From NCBI GenBank assembly GCA_000092065.1, contig CP000587.1: 64,000 nt of DNA; one strand, written 5' to 3'. Each line of letters begins with the position of its first letter. Position 1 is the stretch's first letter. This document shows, in pieces, positions 25,580 through 34,939 of the stretch. The translations under genes and the position numbers were made by a program. This stretch comes from Ostreococcus lucimarinus. Its lineage: Eukaryota. The notes below the pieces were generated by a model. That model did not search any database. It was not told the DNA's origin and saw only the letters and a list, made by a program, of their open reading frames with translations.

Positions 25580-26692
25580 ATGTCCGCGCGCGCGGCGCGA
25601 TGCGCGGTGGCGGTGGTGGGGATATTCGTCGCGTTCAGTTACTTTGCGCTCGCGCAGGAGGACGTGTACAAGAAGCGATACGGCGGCGCGCGGTTCGCGG
25701 CGACGTTCTTCGTGCTCGCGTGCGAGCGGTTGGTGAACGTGATGGTGGCCGCGATCGGGCTGGGCGCGTGCGGGGGCTCGGGGGCGCGATTGGCGCGAGG
25801 GGAGATTTTCCAGAGCGGGGCGTCGCAGACGCTCGCGATGGCGGCGAGTAACGAGGCGCTGCGGTACGTGTCGTACCCGACGCAAGTGCTCGGGAAGTCG
25901 TGTAAGATGGTGCCCGTGATGGTTGGGGGGATGGTGCTCGGTGGGCGCACGTTCACGGCGTCGCAGTACGCGCAGGTGGTTTTCGTGACGCTGGGCGTGG
26001 CGATTTTCAATTTCGGCGCCGACACGAAGAAGACGAGCGGAAACGATAGCGCGTACGGGTTGTCGCTCATCGCGATTTCGCTCGTCATGGATGCCGTAAC
26101 GGGTGGGTTGCAAGATCGCGTCAAGCGCACGACGAAGGCGTTGAATCCGCGAGCCGGTGCGAGCGCGAAGCCGAGCGTGTACGAGAGCATGTTGTACACA
26201 AATTTGAGCGGTTTCGTCGTCGCCTTGGGCTTTGCTTTCGCCACTGGACAGCTCACGAGTGGCGTGCGGTCGTGCGTGGCGCACGTTGCGCTCGCGAGAG
26301 CCGTTCTCGTGTACTCTCTCGCCAGCGCTGTCGGACAGGTGTTCATTTATTACACGATTACGCACTTCGACGTCCTCGTGCTCACCACGGTGACGACGAC
26401 TCGAAAAATCTTCTCCACCGTCATCTCCGTCTTCCGTGACCCTAGCAACGCGCTCAACCGAATCCAATGGTTCGGTTGCTCATTGGTCTTTACATTCCTT
26501 GCCCTGGACGTCGTCGCCGCTGCGTTTCGTCCGCGCCATTCCGCGCCCGCGGCGGCGACAGCCGCTCGCCGGGCGCCGTCTTCTCGTCGCGCCGAGCGCG
26601 ATACCGATACCGATCGCGCGGCGGCGGCGATCGGATCCGCGCGATCGACATCATCCCGTCGTCGTCATTCGTCTCGCAGATCCTCGTCGTGA
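25580..26692 (+). CDS. Nucleotide-sugar/PAPS transporter of the UAA (SLC35B-like) family.
   Basis: The protein has about 8-10 TM helices. The N-terminal motif FALAQEDVYKKRYGG...FFVLACERLVNVMVA matches the SLC35B/HUT1 pattern (QE.V.....G..F...LV..Q...N). ATG at 25580 verified. Confidence 0.55.
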   Translation: MSARAARCAVAVVGIFVAFSYFALAQEDVYKKRYGGARFAATFFVLACERLVNVMVAAIGLGACGGSGARLARGEIFQSGASQTLAMAASNEALRYVSYPTQVLGKSCKMVPVMVGGMVLGGRTFTASQYAQVVFVTLGVAIFNFGADTKKTSGNDSAYGLSLIAISLVMDAVTGGLQDRVKRTTKALNPRAGASAKPSVYESMLYTNLSGFVVALGFAFATGQLTSGVRSCVAHVALARAVLVYSLASAVGQVFIYYTITHFDVLVLTTVTTTRKIFSTVISVFRDPSNALNRIQWFGCSLVFTFLALDVVAAAFRPRHSAPAAATAARRAPSSRRAERDTDTDRAAAAIGSARSTSSRRRHSSRRSSS

Positions 26693-26716
26693 GTGCGCCG
26701 GACGCAACACGAGTGA

Positions 26717-26721
26717 TGTAA
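26717..26721 (+). promoter_or_regulatory. TGTAA motif 25 nt after the transporter stop codon, a putative polyadenylation signal.
   Basis: gtgaTGTAAtaaac lies downstream of the TGA at 26690-26692. Confidence 0.35.
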
Positions 26722-26809
26722 TAAACTTATTCACCGCGCGTCGAAGGCCCCTCGCAGTGGTGTAACACCATCCCTGCTGATCATCACCATCATTGAACGA
26801 CGCGCCGTC

Positions 26810-28510
26810 ATGGGCCGAAGGCGCGAACGTGCGTCAGCGCCCGCGGTGGTCGCAACCGCGCTCGCCGCGCTCGCATTCACATCGCAACCCGCGCGCGCGG
26901 CGCGCGCGGCGCGCGCGGCGCCGAACGACCCGCGCAAAATCATCCCGGGGCTGCGCCACGAGCGCGAGTTTCAACGCTACGTTGAAAAGTATGCGAAGAA
27001 TTACTGCGATGCCGACGCGAGCGAGGCGGCGTGCGCCGCGTCGTTGCGCAGACAGAAAGTCTACTACGCGAATATGGTGCGATACGAGGCGCACAACGCG
27101 GATTCGGCGCACAAGTTTCAGTTGAAAGAGACGAAGTTTAGCGATCTCACGGAGGAAGAATTCGCCGCGAGGGTGTTGACGTATAAACCGAGGCGACAGT
27201 TTGGTGAAACGATGCTGGGGAACTCGGAAGATGAGGTTAGCTCGACGTCCGCGCGCGTGGGCTACGAGGCGGCGGCGTTGAAGTCGCCCGCGGAGATCGC
27301 TGTGGCACGGAAGCATTCGCAGCGCGCGCGCGACCGCACTCAAAGGCGCGAGCGAAACCGGCTGCGTGGACATGTCGAAGACCACGGAGAAGTCGACGAT
27401 AGTGGACCGTTGGGTGATGCGGACCCATCGATTCCGGCCGCCTTTTCGTGGCGCACGCCGCCAGATGGATACGGAAACGTCGTCGGTGTGGTGCACGATC
27501 AAGAGGACTTGTGCGCGTCGTGCTGGGCGTTTGTCACCGCGGATTCCATCGCGAGCCGAATCGCAATCATAAACAAGGGCGACGACGCCCCGGCGTTAAG
27601 CGTGAAGCAGCTCATGGCATGCGATGCTGTTGATCACGGGTGTTCGACCGGGAACATGTACACCGCGTACGAATGGATCGGGCAATACGGCGGTATCAGC
27701 TCCAAGGCGGATTACAACGCGAAAGTACCAGGTGACCGAGACGACGCTCCGGATGCCAAGTGCGACGCGTCCGTCAAAAAAGTTTACGATACGCCGGCTA
27801 TGTGTGATTTAGCGCAAGTTGCCGGCGAAGAACCGCTTTATCGTGCGATCTTCGAGCGAGGTCCCGTCGCCGTTGGCATCAACGCAAACAAACTGCAGGC
27901 ATACGGCAGCGGCGTCATCATGTTGGATGACTGTAAGCCACTTGGTCGTGGTATTGAGTCCATCAATCACGCCGCACTTGTCGTTGGGTGGGGCACGACG
28001 GACGACGGGGTCAAATACTGGGAAATTAAAAACTCTTACGGCCCAGAGTGGGGCGACGAAGGATTCTTCAGGCTCGAGCGCGGTCGCATCGGCGAACACA
28101 AGTTCGGCACTTGCGGTCTTCTCTTTGAATCCGTCTACCCGGTCGTCACGAAGGCTGGCGATGCGACGTCGACTGACGCTCCGTGTGTGAAGGGATCAGT
28201 CCAAAAGCAAACGTACTATAGAAACGAGACGCTCAATCCGGGCTTGGGCGACGATGACGTTGAGGACGAGGCGCGCATCGGCGTCGCGCAGCGCCGCGCG
28301 CACCGAGCCCACGGTCACGCACACCGCGCGCGAAAAGCTCGCCTAGGCGACGCCGCTTCGTCGCACCTGACGACGCACACCGAAAACGTCGTCGCCGCGG
28401 CCGCCGCTCTGGCCTCGATCGCCGTCCTCGTCGCCGCGGTCGCTCATCGCCGCCGAGCGCGCCGGGACGCCGTCCCCGAATCCGCCGCGCTCCTCGCCGC
28501 CGAGCCTTGA
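26810..28510 (+). CDS. Second papain-family cathepsin-like cysteine protease (paralogue of 22137..23930). It has a signal peptide and a C-terminal TM anchor.
   Basis: The signal peptide reads MGRRRERASAPAVVATALAALAFTSQPARA. The Cys context is HDQEDLCASCWAFVT, the His context is INHAALVVGWG, and the Asn/Trp context is IKNSYGPEWGDEGFFRLERG. The C-terminal hydrophobic stretch is VVAAAAALASIAVLVAAVA. ATG verified at 26810. Confidence 0.7.
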   Translation: MGRRRERASAPAVVATALAALAFTSQPARAARAARAAPNDPRKIIPGLRHEREFQRYVEKYAKNYCDADASEAACAASLRRQKVYYANMVRYEAHNADSAHKFQLKETKFSDLTEEEFAARVLTYKPRRQFGETMLGNSEDEVSSTSARVGYEAAALKSPAEIAVARKHSQRARDRTQRRERNRLRGHVEDHGEVDDSGPLGDADPSIPAAFSWRTPPDGYGNVVGVVHDQEDLCASCWAFVTADSIASRIAIINKGDDAPALSVKQLMACDAVDHGCSTGNMYTAYEWIGQYGGISSKADYNAKVPGDRDDAPDAKCDASVKKVYDTPAMCDLAQVAGEEPLYRAIFERGPVAVGINANKLQAYGSGVIMLDDCKPLGRGIESINHAALVVGWGTTDDGVKYWEIKNSYGPEWGDEGFFRLERGRIGEHKFGTCGLLFESVYPVVTKAGDATSTDAPCVKGSVQKQTYYRNETLNPGLGDDDVEDEARIGVAQRRAHRAHGHAHRARKARLGDAASSHLTTHTENVVAAAAALASIAVLVAAVAHRRRARRDAVPESAALLAAEP

Positions 28511-28689
28511 GATCGAGCCACGTGGTTTACGATCTGAAACAAATATCCATATTTTAGTTACATGTAGCAACACAACCGAACGCGAAACGATTGAGAAGAG
28601 CTTCCGCGGGCGAGTCCCGAGCCCGCCGCGCCGCCGCGAATGAATCCAGCACCGCCATCGCCCCGCATTACGCCGCGCGGCGCCCTCCG

Positions 28690-29295
28690 ATGGACTTCCT
28701 GCGCGACGTCGCGAACACCGTGGAGCGCGCCGTCACCGGCGCGTCCCCGCGCGCGCTCGATCTCCCGCAATGCGACGTCGCGTTCGTCTCAGAGACCATC
28801 GCCGAGTACGGGCGAATCTTGGCGCGCTCGAAAGACGTCGTAGTTCGCGACGCCGACCGCGCGACCGACGCCGAGGTGCGGCGCGCGCGATTCAACATGG
28901 TGTGGGCGCTGTGCCACAGCGGCGTCGAGGATCAGCTGAGACGAGGGACGCAAATGCTCGAGCGCGGCGCGAGCAACGGGGCGAACGCGGAGACGACGCT
29001 CGAGGCGAGGTGGCGAGTCGAATTCGGCGACGCGATGGAGGTCAGAGATGGGCATTACTTGCGAAGCGTGGCGTATTACGGGATGAGGGATTACGAGCGC
29101 GCGCGCGAAGCGGCGTTTGCGGCGCTGAAGTGTGACCCAGAATGTCGACAGGCGGCGGCGTTGCGCGAGGCCAGCGAAGAAGCGTTGGCGAGGGACGGAT
29201 TGGTCGGCGCGGGGGCGATCGCGGCGGCGGGACTGGCGATCTTAGGAGCGACGGCGGCGATCGCGGCCAACAGCGCGGGGGGGAGTCGACGATGA
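28690..29295 (+). CDS. FIS1: Mitochondrial/peroxisomal fission protein Fis1 (TPR-like, tail-anchored).
   Basis: ...FNMVWALCHSGVEDQLRRGTQMLE...YLRSVAYYGMRDYERAREAAFAALKCDPECRQAAALREASEEALARDGLVGAGAIAAAGLAILGATAAIA plus a basic tail matches Fis1 (YLAVGYYRLKEYEKA...Q..ELE..I.K.GL.G..I.GG). The track start at 28591 is TTG. The first ATG at 28690 gives MDFLRDVANT... Confidence 0.65.
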   Translation: MDFLRDVANTVERAVTGASPRALDLPQCDVAFVSETIAEYGRILARSKDVVVRDADRATDAEVRRARFNMVWALCHSGVEDQLRRGTQMLERGASNGANAETTLEARWRVEFGDAMEVRDGHYLRSVAYYGMRDYERAREAAFAALKCDPECRQAAALREASEEALARDGLVGAGAIAAAGLAILGATAAIAANSAGGSRR

Positions 29296-29359
29296 TGACG
29301 ATGATGGCGGTACTGTACGCTAGTAGTTCTAGAATGAAATTTCAACACGCGTTCACTTG

Positions 29360-32300
29360 CTATTTAATCGACGCCTTTTCTAACGTTTTTTTATATGAAC
29401 GAATGGAGTCTTTCCACACGGACACCTTTTTGTTTTCACACACCCATATCTCTTTCGCCACCTTATCGATCAATCTAAAGTCGTGACTAACGAGTACTAG
29501 ACCGCCTTTGTACTTGTTGATGGCGTCTGCGAGAGAGTCGATGCAATCGTGATCCAAGTGATTCGTCGGCTCGTCGAGAAGAAGCATGTTTGGGTTACCG
29601 AGACAAATCATGGCGAATACCAAACGTGATTTCTGTCCATCCGAAAGCGCGGCGATGGGATTGGTTTGTAAACGCCCGCTGATGCCGAACTTGCCCAAAT
29701 ACGACCGCCACTCGTCCGTCGGTTTTCGCATGTCATAATACGTCCCAGAGAAGAAATCCAAAGGCGACGCGCGCGGGTCCAGCACATCGACGCTGTGCTG
29801 ATGGTACCGCCCGATGCTGAGGTGGTGGTGTCGCGCGACTTCGCCTTCGCTCGCTTCGATATCACCCGTCATGAGCTTGAGAATTGTCGACTTACCCGCA
29901 CCGTTTGGGCCGACGAGCGCGATTCGAGAATCGCAATCCACTCCGAACTCCAGGTTTTCTAAAAGCATACCGAGCGAAGGATCCGCCGTGTGATATCGGA
30001 AGGAAACGTTCTTAAACGGAAGTACTGGCGGTGCGAGCTTGGCACAATCTGGGAACGTGAATTCGAAAGTTCTCTCCGCCGTCGGCGACGGCGTCAACCC
30101 GGCGGCTTCCATCTTGTCCAGAATCTTTTGTTTCGAGTTCGCCTGTTTCATCTTATCCGCGTAGGTACCGCAAGACGCGATGAATTCTTTCAGATGTTTG
30201 ATATCCGCTTGCTCTTTTTCGTACTGCTTCTGCTGAATAACCTCTTCCGCCGCGAGCGTGGCGCGAAACGTATCGAAGTCGCCCGTGTAGTACTTCAAAG
30301 TCTTGTTTGTGACTCTGATGACGTGCGAGCACACACCGTTGAGGAAGTCTTGCGAGTGCGAAATCACGACCAGGCACTTCTTATATTTTGACAGATGATC
30401 TTCGAGCCACACGCACGCGCTCAAATCTAAGTGATTCGTCGGCTCGTCGAGTAAAAGTAACGCCGGCGACGCCAAAAGAGCGCGCGCGAGAGAGACGCGC
30501 ATTCGCCAACCACCAGACAGCGCCTTTGTTTCGCGATTCATCATGACTTTATCGAATCCCAAATTGTGGAGAAGCTCCGCCGCCGTAGTTTCAAATTTAA
30601 CCGGATCGAGTTCCTCTAAACGCTCGTATATTCCCTGAAGGCGCTCGTCGCCGGGCCCGTTCGTCGTGAGAATTTCGCTCTCGATGGCTTGCAGGCGCGA
30701 AACTTCTTCGCGTATATGGTCCACAACAGCCTCGAGCGCGCTTCGCTCACTCGGTTCAGCTTCTTCGCGCAGATGATATATGTCAACGTGTGCGGGTACT
30801 TCTAGTTCGCGCTTCGCTATGGCTTCCAGAAGCATGGACTTGCCGCACCCATTCGGGCCTAATAAACCGTAGCGCCGTCCGACGTTGAGCTCCATCACGC
30901 AATCCTTGATGAGCTCGTTACCGTTCACGGACATAGAAACTTGCTCAAATCGTAAGTCTAGTGCGGTTTTACGTGAGACGAGCACACCTGAGACGCTTCG
31001 ATCGACGTCACCCTCGACGATTTTGCCGTCCGTCTTCGTCGCGTCTCCGGACTCATCTACGCTGGTGCCGTTCTTTTCCCCACGCCGACGTCGCGCGCCA
31101 CCTTTTCGACTTGCACCGACACCGCGAGCTTCATCCTCGCTCGAGGTCACCTTGCCTTGATATACACGCCAGGTATCTGAGCACACGTCTCCCACAAAGG
31201 ATGCGTTGTGGCTGATTGTCAACACGCCTCCCTTGAAACGCCTAAGCGCCGCAGTCAGGGCTGCTAACGTTTCGTTATCTAAGTAGTTTGTCGGCTCATC
31301 CAATGCAATAATATGCGGCTTCGTCCACATCGCGGCCGCGAGCACGAGTCTGGACTTCTGACCGCCAGACATGCGCTTAATTTTCCCGTCGGCGAGCTCT
31401 TGCGATATGCCAAAATCGCGCAAATGAGAATAAACCTCGCCACTTGTCAGAGGACGTATGTCCATCCCACTTTGTATGGCTTTCATCATTTCGTCGTAAT
31501 TTTTGCACATCTTCACGACGTAAGACACTTTGAGGAATCGTTTTGGTTCCCAGTGCGTGACGCCCACTCTGTCGCCGACTTTTTTCACCTCATAACACAG
31601 CTCGCCTCCCTTGACGGCGCGCCCGAGGATCTCGCACACGCTTCCACGCGACTGCTGCTCTACTTTTTCATCATCCGTGAGTGACATTGTGGACATTTTT
31701 GCTAATTCCTTATCTCGGCCTTGGTAAAAACGAGTTTGGATGTACTCCTTGGGCGACATGTCAAGGTGCGCTTGCAAGTGGTGCATCGAGTGCTGCGCAA
31801 TGTAAGCGATGCGCAGGTTATGGTGCTTCCAGATAGAGCCACCCGTCGGCTCGAGCTCACCGACGATATTTTTCATGAGTGTCGTCTTACCCGCGCCGTT
31901 CGCACCGACGACGGCGACGCGACTGCTGAGATACATTCGAGTGTACACGCCGCTCAAGACTTGATTGTTTGGGTACGCGAAACTCAGGTCCTCAAGACGC
32001 GCGACGACTTGCGTCTTGCTCTTGATGCCATCCAGTGGCCCGGGATCGGGGAACACGATTGCCGCCGAACTAGGTTGCTCACGCGCGGCGCGCGCTGAGC
32101 TCATCCTCGATGATCCTCCGGCCAGTGCCGATGACGTGTCGACGCCTCGAATGGCGGTGACTAACCCGGCGGTGTTTTCTAACCTGTTCGCCTCGCTCGC
32201 CGCGCGACGACGACCGTTCGATTCGTTCTGCCCAGAGTCGACGATAACTCCACTTTCGTTCGAAGTCGCCACGATTTGGTCCACCATGTCCTTTTTCATT

Positions 32301-33226
32301 CGTGGGAGCACCAAATTGGGGCGCTGCGCCCGAAACCCATCGAAGCCGCCGTCAAACGTCGAGAGCTGCTGCTTATCGAATTGAATAATGTGCGTAGAAA
32401 TCTTTCGCAAAAACTCGTAGTCGTGCGACACGCACATCACAGTCGTCCCTTCCAACGCGACTAAGTAATTTGCCAGCCATTCCACGGCGCTGACGTCCAA
32501 GTGATTCGTCGGCTCGTCGAGGAGCAACAAATCCGCTCGCTGCAACATCGCTCTCGCGATGGACAATCGCATCCTCCAACCGCCAGACAGTTCAGCCACG
32601 CTCTTTTTCATCATATCGTCGTCAAATCCGACCGACCGCAGGCTCGAGTCGATCGCGCTCGCGTCCGCCCCCCCGAACTCGTTCGCCTCATCCGCCATGA
32701 ACTTGACCACCGACGCGCTCAGCGTCACCAGCACCTCGTGTCGAACGAACACGCACTTGATCCCGGTCGGAAACCCCGCGATATCGCCCGCCGCGATTCG
32801 CGTCAACAGCGTCGTCTTTCCCGCGCCGTTATGCCCGACGACGCCGTATCGCGCCCCTCGCGTCAACGACAAGTTCGTCGGCCGCAGCAGCACCTTGGCC
32901 GCGTACGCCAGGATGATCCCTCTCAGGTCCAAAATCAACCCCTCCGACGTCCCGACGTCCTCCCTCGTCGACGTCGCGTTCGCCATCGTCGCCGCCGTCC
33001 CGTCGTCTCGCGCGCACATCGCTCGAACGTCGCCGTCGTCCATGTTTTCCTCCAGCACCGGCTGCACGAGCTCCATCAGCGCCTCCGTCGTCACCGCGCG
33101 TCCCTCGTCCGCCGCCTCGAGCGTCGCCTCTCGCAGCGCGCTCGCGACGTACTCGCGCACCTCCTCGTCCACGCCCGCGCGTCGCATGACGCCGTCGCAC
33201 CGCGCGAGCCAGGCGTCGTCGTCCAT
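29360..33226 (-). CDS. Four-NBD ABC-F type protein of 1288 aa. The N-terminal half is an eEF3-type ABC cassette with a chromodomain-like insert. The C-terminal half is an ABCF2/Arb1-type cassette.
   Basis: There are four Walker A and four signature/Walker B sets: GHNGAGKTTLL with LSGGWRMRLSIARAML...LLLLDEPTNHLD; GANGAGKTTLM with SGGQKSRLVLAAAMWTKPHIIALDEPTNYLD; GPNGCGKSMLL with LSGGWRMRVSLARALL...LLLLDEPTNHLD; GPNGAGKSTIL with LSDGQKSRLVFAMICL...MLLLDEPTNHLD. The first half is colinear with yeast eEF3 (GFPT..., RIAYIAQHSMHHLQAHLDMSPKEYIQTRF, insert YEVKKVGDRVGVTHWEPKRFL). The second half has the ABCF2-like DIYHLREEAEPSERSALEAV. ATG verified (CAT at 33224-33226). Confidence 0.75.
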   Translation of the reverse strand: MDDDAWLARCDGVMRRAGVDEEVREYVASALREATLEAADEGRAVTTEALMELVQPVLEENMDDGDVRAMCARDDGTAATMANATSTREDVGTSEGLILDLRGIILAYAAKVLLRPTNLSLTRGARYGVVGHNGAGKTTLLTRIAAGDIAGFPTGIKCVFVRHEVLVTLSASVVKFMADEANEFGGADASAIDSSLRSVGFDDDMMKKSVAELSGGWRMRLSIARAMLQRADLLLLDEPTNHLDVSAVEWLANYLVALEGTTVMCVSHDYEFLRKISTHIIQFDKQQLSTFDGGFDGFRAQRPNLVLPRMKKDMVDQIVATSNESGVIVDSGQNESNGRRRAASEANRLENTAGLVTAIRGVDTSSALAGGSSRMSSARAAREQPSSAAIVFPDPGPLDGIKSKTQVVARLEDLSFAYPNNQVLSGVYTRMYLSSRVAVVGANGAGKTTLMKNIVGELEPTGGSIWKHHNLRIAYIAQHSMHHLQAHLDMSPKEYIQTRFYQGRDKELAKMSTMSLTDDEKVEQQSRGSVCEILGRAVKGGELCYEVKKVGDRVGVTHWEPKRFLKVSYVVKMCKNYDEMMKAIQSGMDIRPLTSGEVYSHLRDFGISQELADGKIKRMSGGQKSRLVLAAAMWTKPHIIALDEPTNYLDNETLAALTAALRRFKGGVLTISHNASFVGDVCSDTWRVYQGKVTSSEDEARGVGASRKGGARRRRGEKNGTSVDESGDATKTDGKIVEGDVDRSVSGVLVSRKTALDLRFEQVSMSVNGNELIKDCVMELNVGRRYGLLGPNGCGKSMLLEAIAKRELEVPAHVDIYHLREEAEPSERSALEAVVDHIREEVSRLQAIESEILTTNGPGDERLQGIYERLEELDPVKFETTAAELLHNLGFDKVMMNRETKALSGGWRMRVSLARALLASPALLLLDEPTNHLDLSACVWLEDHLSKYKKCLVVISHSQDFLNGVCSHVIRVTNKTLKYYTGDFDTFRATLAAEEVIQQKQYEKEQADIKHLKEFIASCGTYADKMKQANSKQKILDKMEAAGLTPSPTAERTFEFTFPDCAKLAPPVLPFKNVSFRYHTADPSLGMLLENLEFGVDCDSRIALVGPNGAGKSTILKLMTGDIEASEGEVARHHHLSIGRYHQHSVDVLDPRASPLDFFSGTYYDMRKPTDEWRSYLGKFGISGRLQTNPIAALSDGQKSRLVFAMICLGNPNMLLLDEPTNHLDHDCIDSLADAINKYKGGLVLVSHDFRLIDKVAKEIWVCENKKVSVWKDSIRSYKKTLEKASIK

Positions 33227-33261
33227 CGCGTCGACGCGTGACGCGATGACGCGACGACGCG

Positions 33262-34884
33262 ATGGACGACATTCGTCGACGCCGCGCGATGGCGTCGCGC
33301 GCGACGGCGCGCGCGGCGGCGTCGCACGACGCGCGCGCGGCGACGCGGCGCGCGCGCGTCGGCGGTGCGGCGCGCGAATCGGCGGCGCGGCGGCGCGCTT
33401 CGGGACGCGCGACGTCCGACGTCGACGGCGCTTCGGGACGCGCGACGTCCGACGTCGACGGCGCTTCGGGACGCGCGACGTCCGCGGACGCGTTCGATCT
33501 CGGACAGGCGATCGGGACGCTGGCGAGGGGCGAGCGAGGGGCGACGCTGCCGCCGGGACGCGTGGGCGCGCTCGGCGTGCGCGAGACGCTGGAGTACCTC
33601 GCGGACTCGAACGGCTTCGTGCGACGGCGCGTCGAGCGGTACGGACCGATTTTTAAGACGGCTTTGTTTTTCAAGCCGGCGATCGTGTTCGGAAGCCGAG
33701 AGGCGGTTCGAGAGTTTTTGAAATTTGAAGGCGAGCTCCCCGCGGACGAGGCGCTGCCGGAGACGTTTCGCGAATTGCACACCGAGTACGGGGCGCTGCG
33801 CATGACGGGGAGCAGACACGCGGCGACGCGCGCGAATTTCGGCAAGGTGCTGGGACGCGCGGCGCTGGAGAGTTACGCGCCGGCGATCGGGGAAAGGACG
33901 AGGGAGTTTGTGGAAGACGTAGCGCGGCGATCTGGGAAGGAGACGTCGTCGTTCAGGCCGGGCGCGGAGTGCGTGGATTTCGCGCTCGATTTGTTGTTTG
34001 AGCTCTTCCTCGGTCACGTGCCCGAGGCAAAGTACAAAGACGCGATGAAAGCGTACAACGGAGGATTACTTTCGCTCGGAAAATGGTCGTCGGAGTTTAA
34101 GGCTGGAAAACTGGCGCTGGAGGATTTGACGTCGTACGTCGAGGCGCATTACAGAGGCGTCAAAGCGCGCGGCGAACTCGATCGCCCAGAGTACTTCTTT
34201 TACAAGCAATACTCGCAAGCCGTGGACGAGTTCGACGAAGTGTTCAGCGACGATCGCATCGCGACGACGTGCGTGTTAATGGTCTGGGGTTCGTACATCG
34301 AAGCCGCCGCTCTCATGGGACACGCATGCGTTTTGCTGGGCGAGCACGACGACGCGCGGCGAGCCGTTTTGCGCGAGTTCGAGCGGGTGTGCTGCGACGA
34401 TGAAAACGGTTGTCGTCGCATCGGTACTTTGGCGGACATCATGTCCATGCAGTACACGTCCGCGGTGGCGAAGGAGTCGCTTAGAGTCATGCCGCAGACG
34501 GCGGGCGGCTTGAGAGTGAACCCGTCGCCTCGCAAATTCGCCTCGTTCGACGTACCCGCCGGTTACGTTTTGACCGCAGACCCACGCATTCCATTTCGCG
34601 ACGAAGCCAACTTCCCCGACCCGGACGCGTTCAAGCCTGAACGTTTCGTTCCAGGGACGCACGAAGCGAAGCAAAACGACGTCTCTTCGGAAACGTATTA
34701 TCCGGGCGGCATGGGCCAGCACCAGTGTCCTGGGATCTCTCTCGCGACGGTCATGACGCAAATATTTCTCGCCGAACTCGTGTCCGCTTTCCCAAACGGG
34801 TGGCGAGGAAAGACGGCGCCGAAATACGTTCAGGTTCCCATAGTCATCCTCGACAGAGAGTATGAAATCGAGTTTCTTCGCTGA
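33262..34884 (+). CDS. Cytochrome P450 monooxygenase.
   Basis: The Pro hinge is LPPGRVGALGV. The heme-binding loop is YYPGGMGQHQCPGISLA (FxxGxxxCxG). P450 length and layout are typical. ATG at 33262 verified. The N-terminal region contains the imperfect tandem repeat GASGRATSDVD x3 (about 33395-33480). Confidence 0.7.
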   Translation: MDDIRRRRAMASRATARAAASHDARAATRRARVGGAARESAARRRASGRATSDVDGASGRATSDVDGASGRATSADAFDLGQAIGTLARGERGATLPPGRVGALGVRETLEYLADSNGFVRRRVERYGPIFKTALFFKPAIVFGSREAVREFLKFEGELPADEALPETFRELHTEYGALRMTGSRHAATRANFGKVLGRAALESYAPAIGERTREFVEDVARRSGKETSSFRPGAECVDFALDLLFELFLGHVPEAKYKDAMKAYNGGLLSLGKWSSEFKAGKLALEDLTSYVEAHYRGVKARGELDRPEYFFYKQYSQAVDEFDEVFSDDRIATTCVLMVWGSYIEAAALMGHACVLLGEHDDARRAVLREFERVCCDDENGCRRIGTLADIMSMQYTSAVAKESLRVMPQTAGGLRVNPSPRKFASFDVPAGYVLTADPRIPFRDEANFPDPDAFKPERFVPGTHEAKQNDVSSETYYPGGMGQHQCPGISLATVMTQIFLAELVSAFPNGWRGKTAPKYVQVPIVILDREYEIEFLR

Positions 34885-34939
34885 GACTCGAAACACATTC
34901 ATTTTACATTCAATTCAATTCATTCTAGATACCCGTTTG

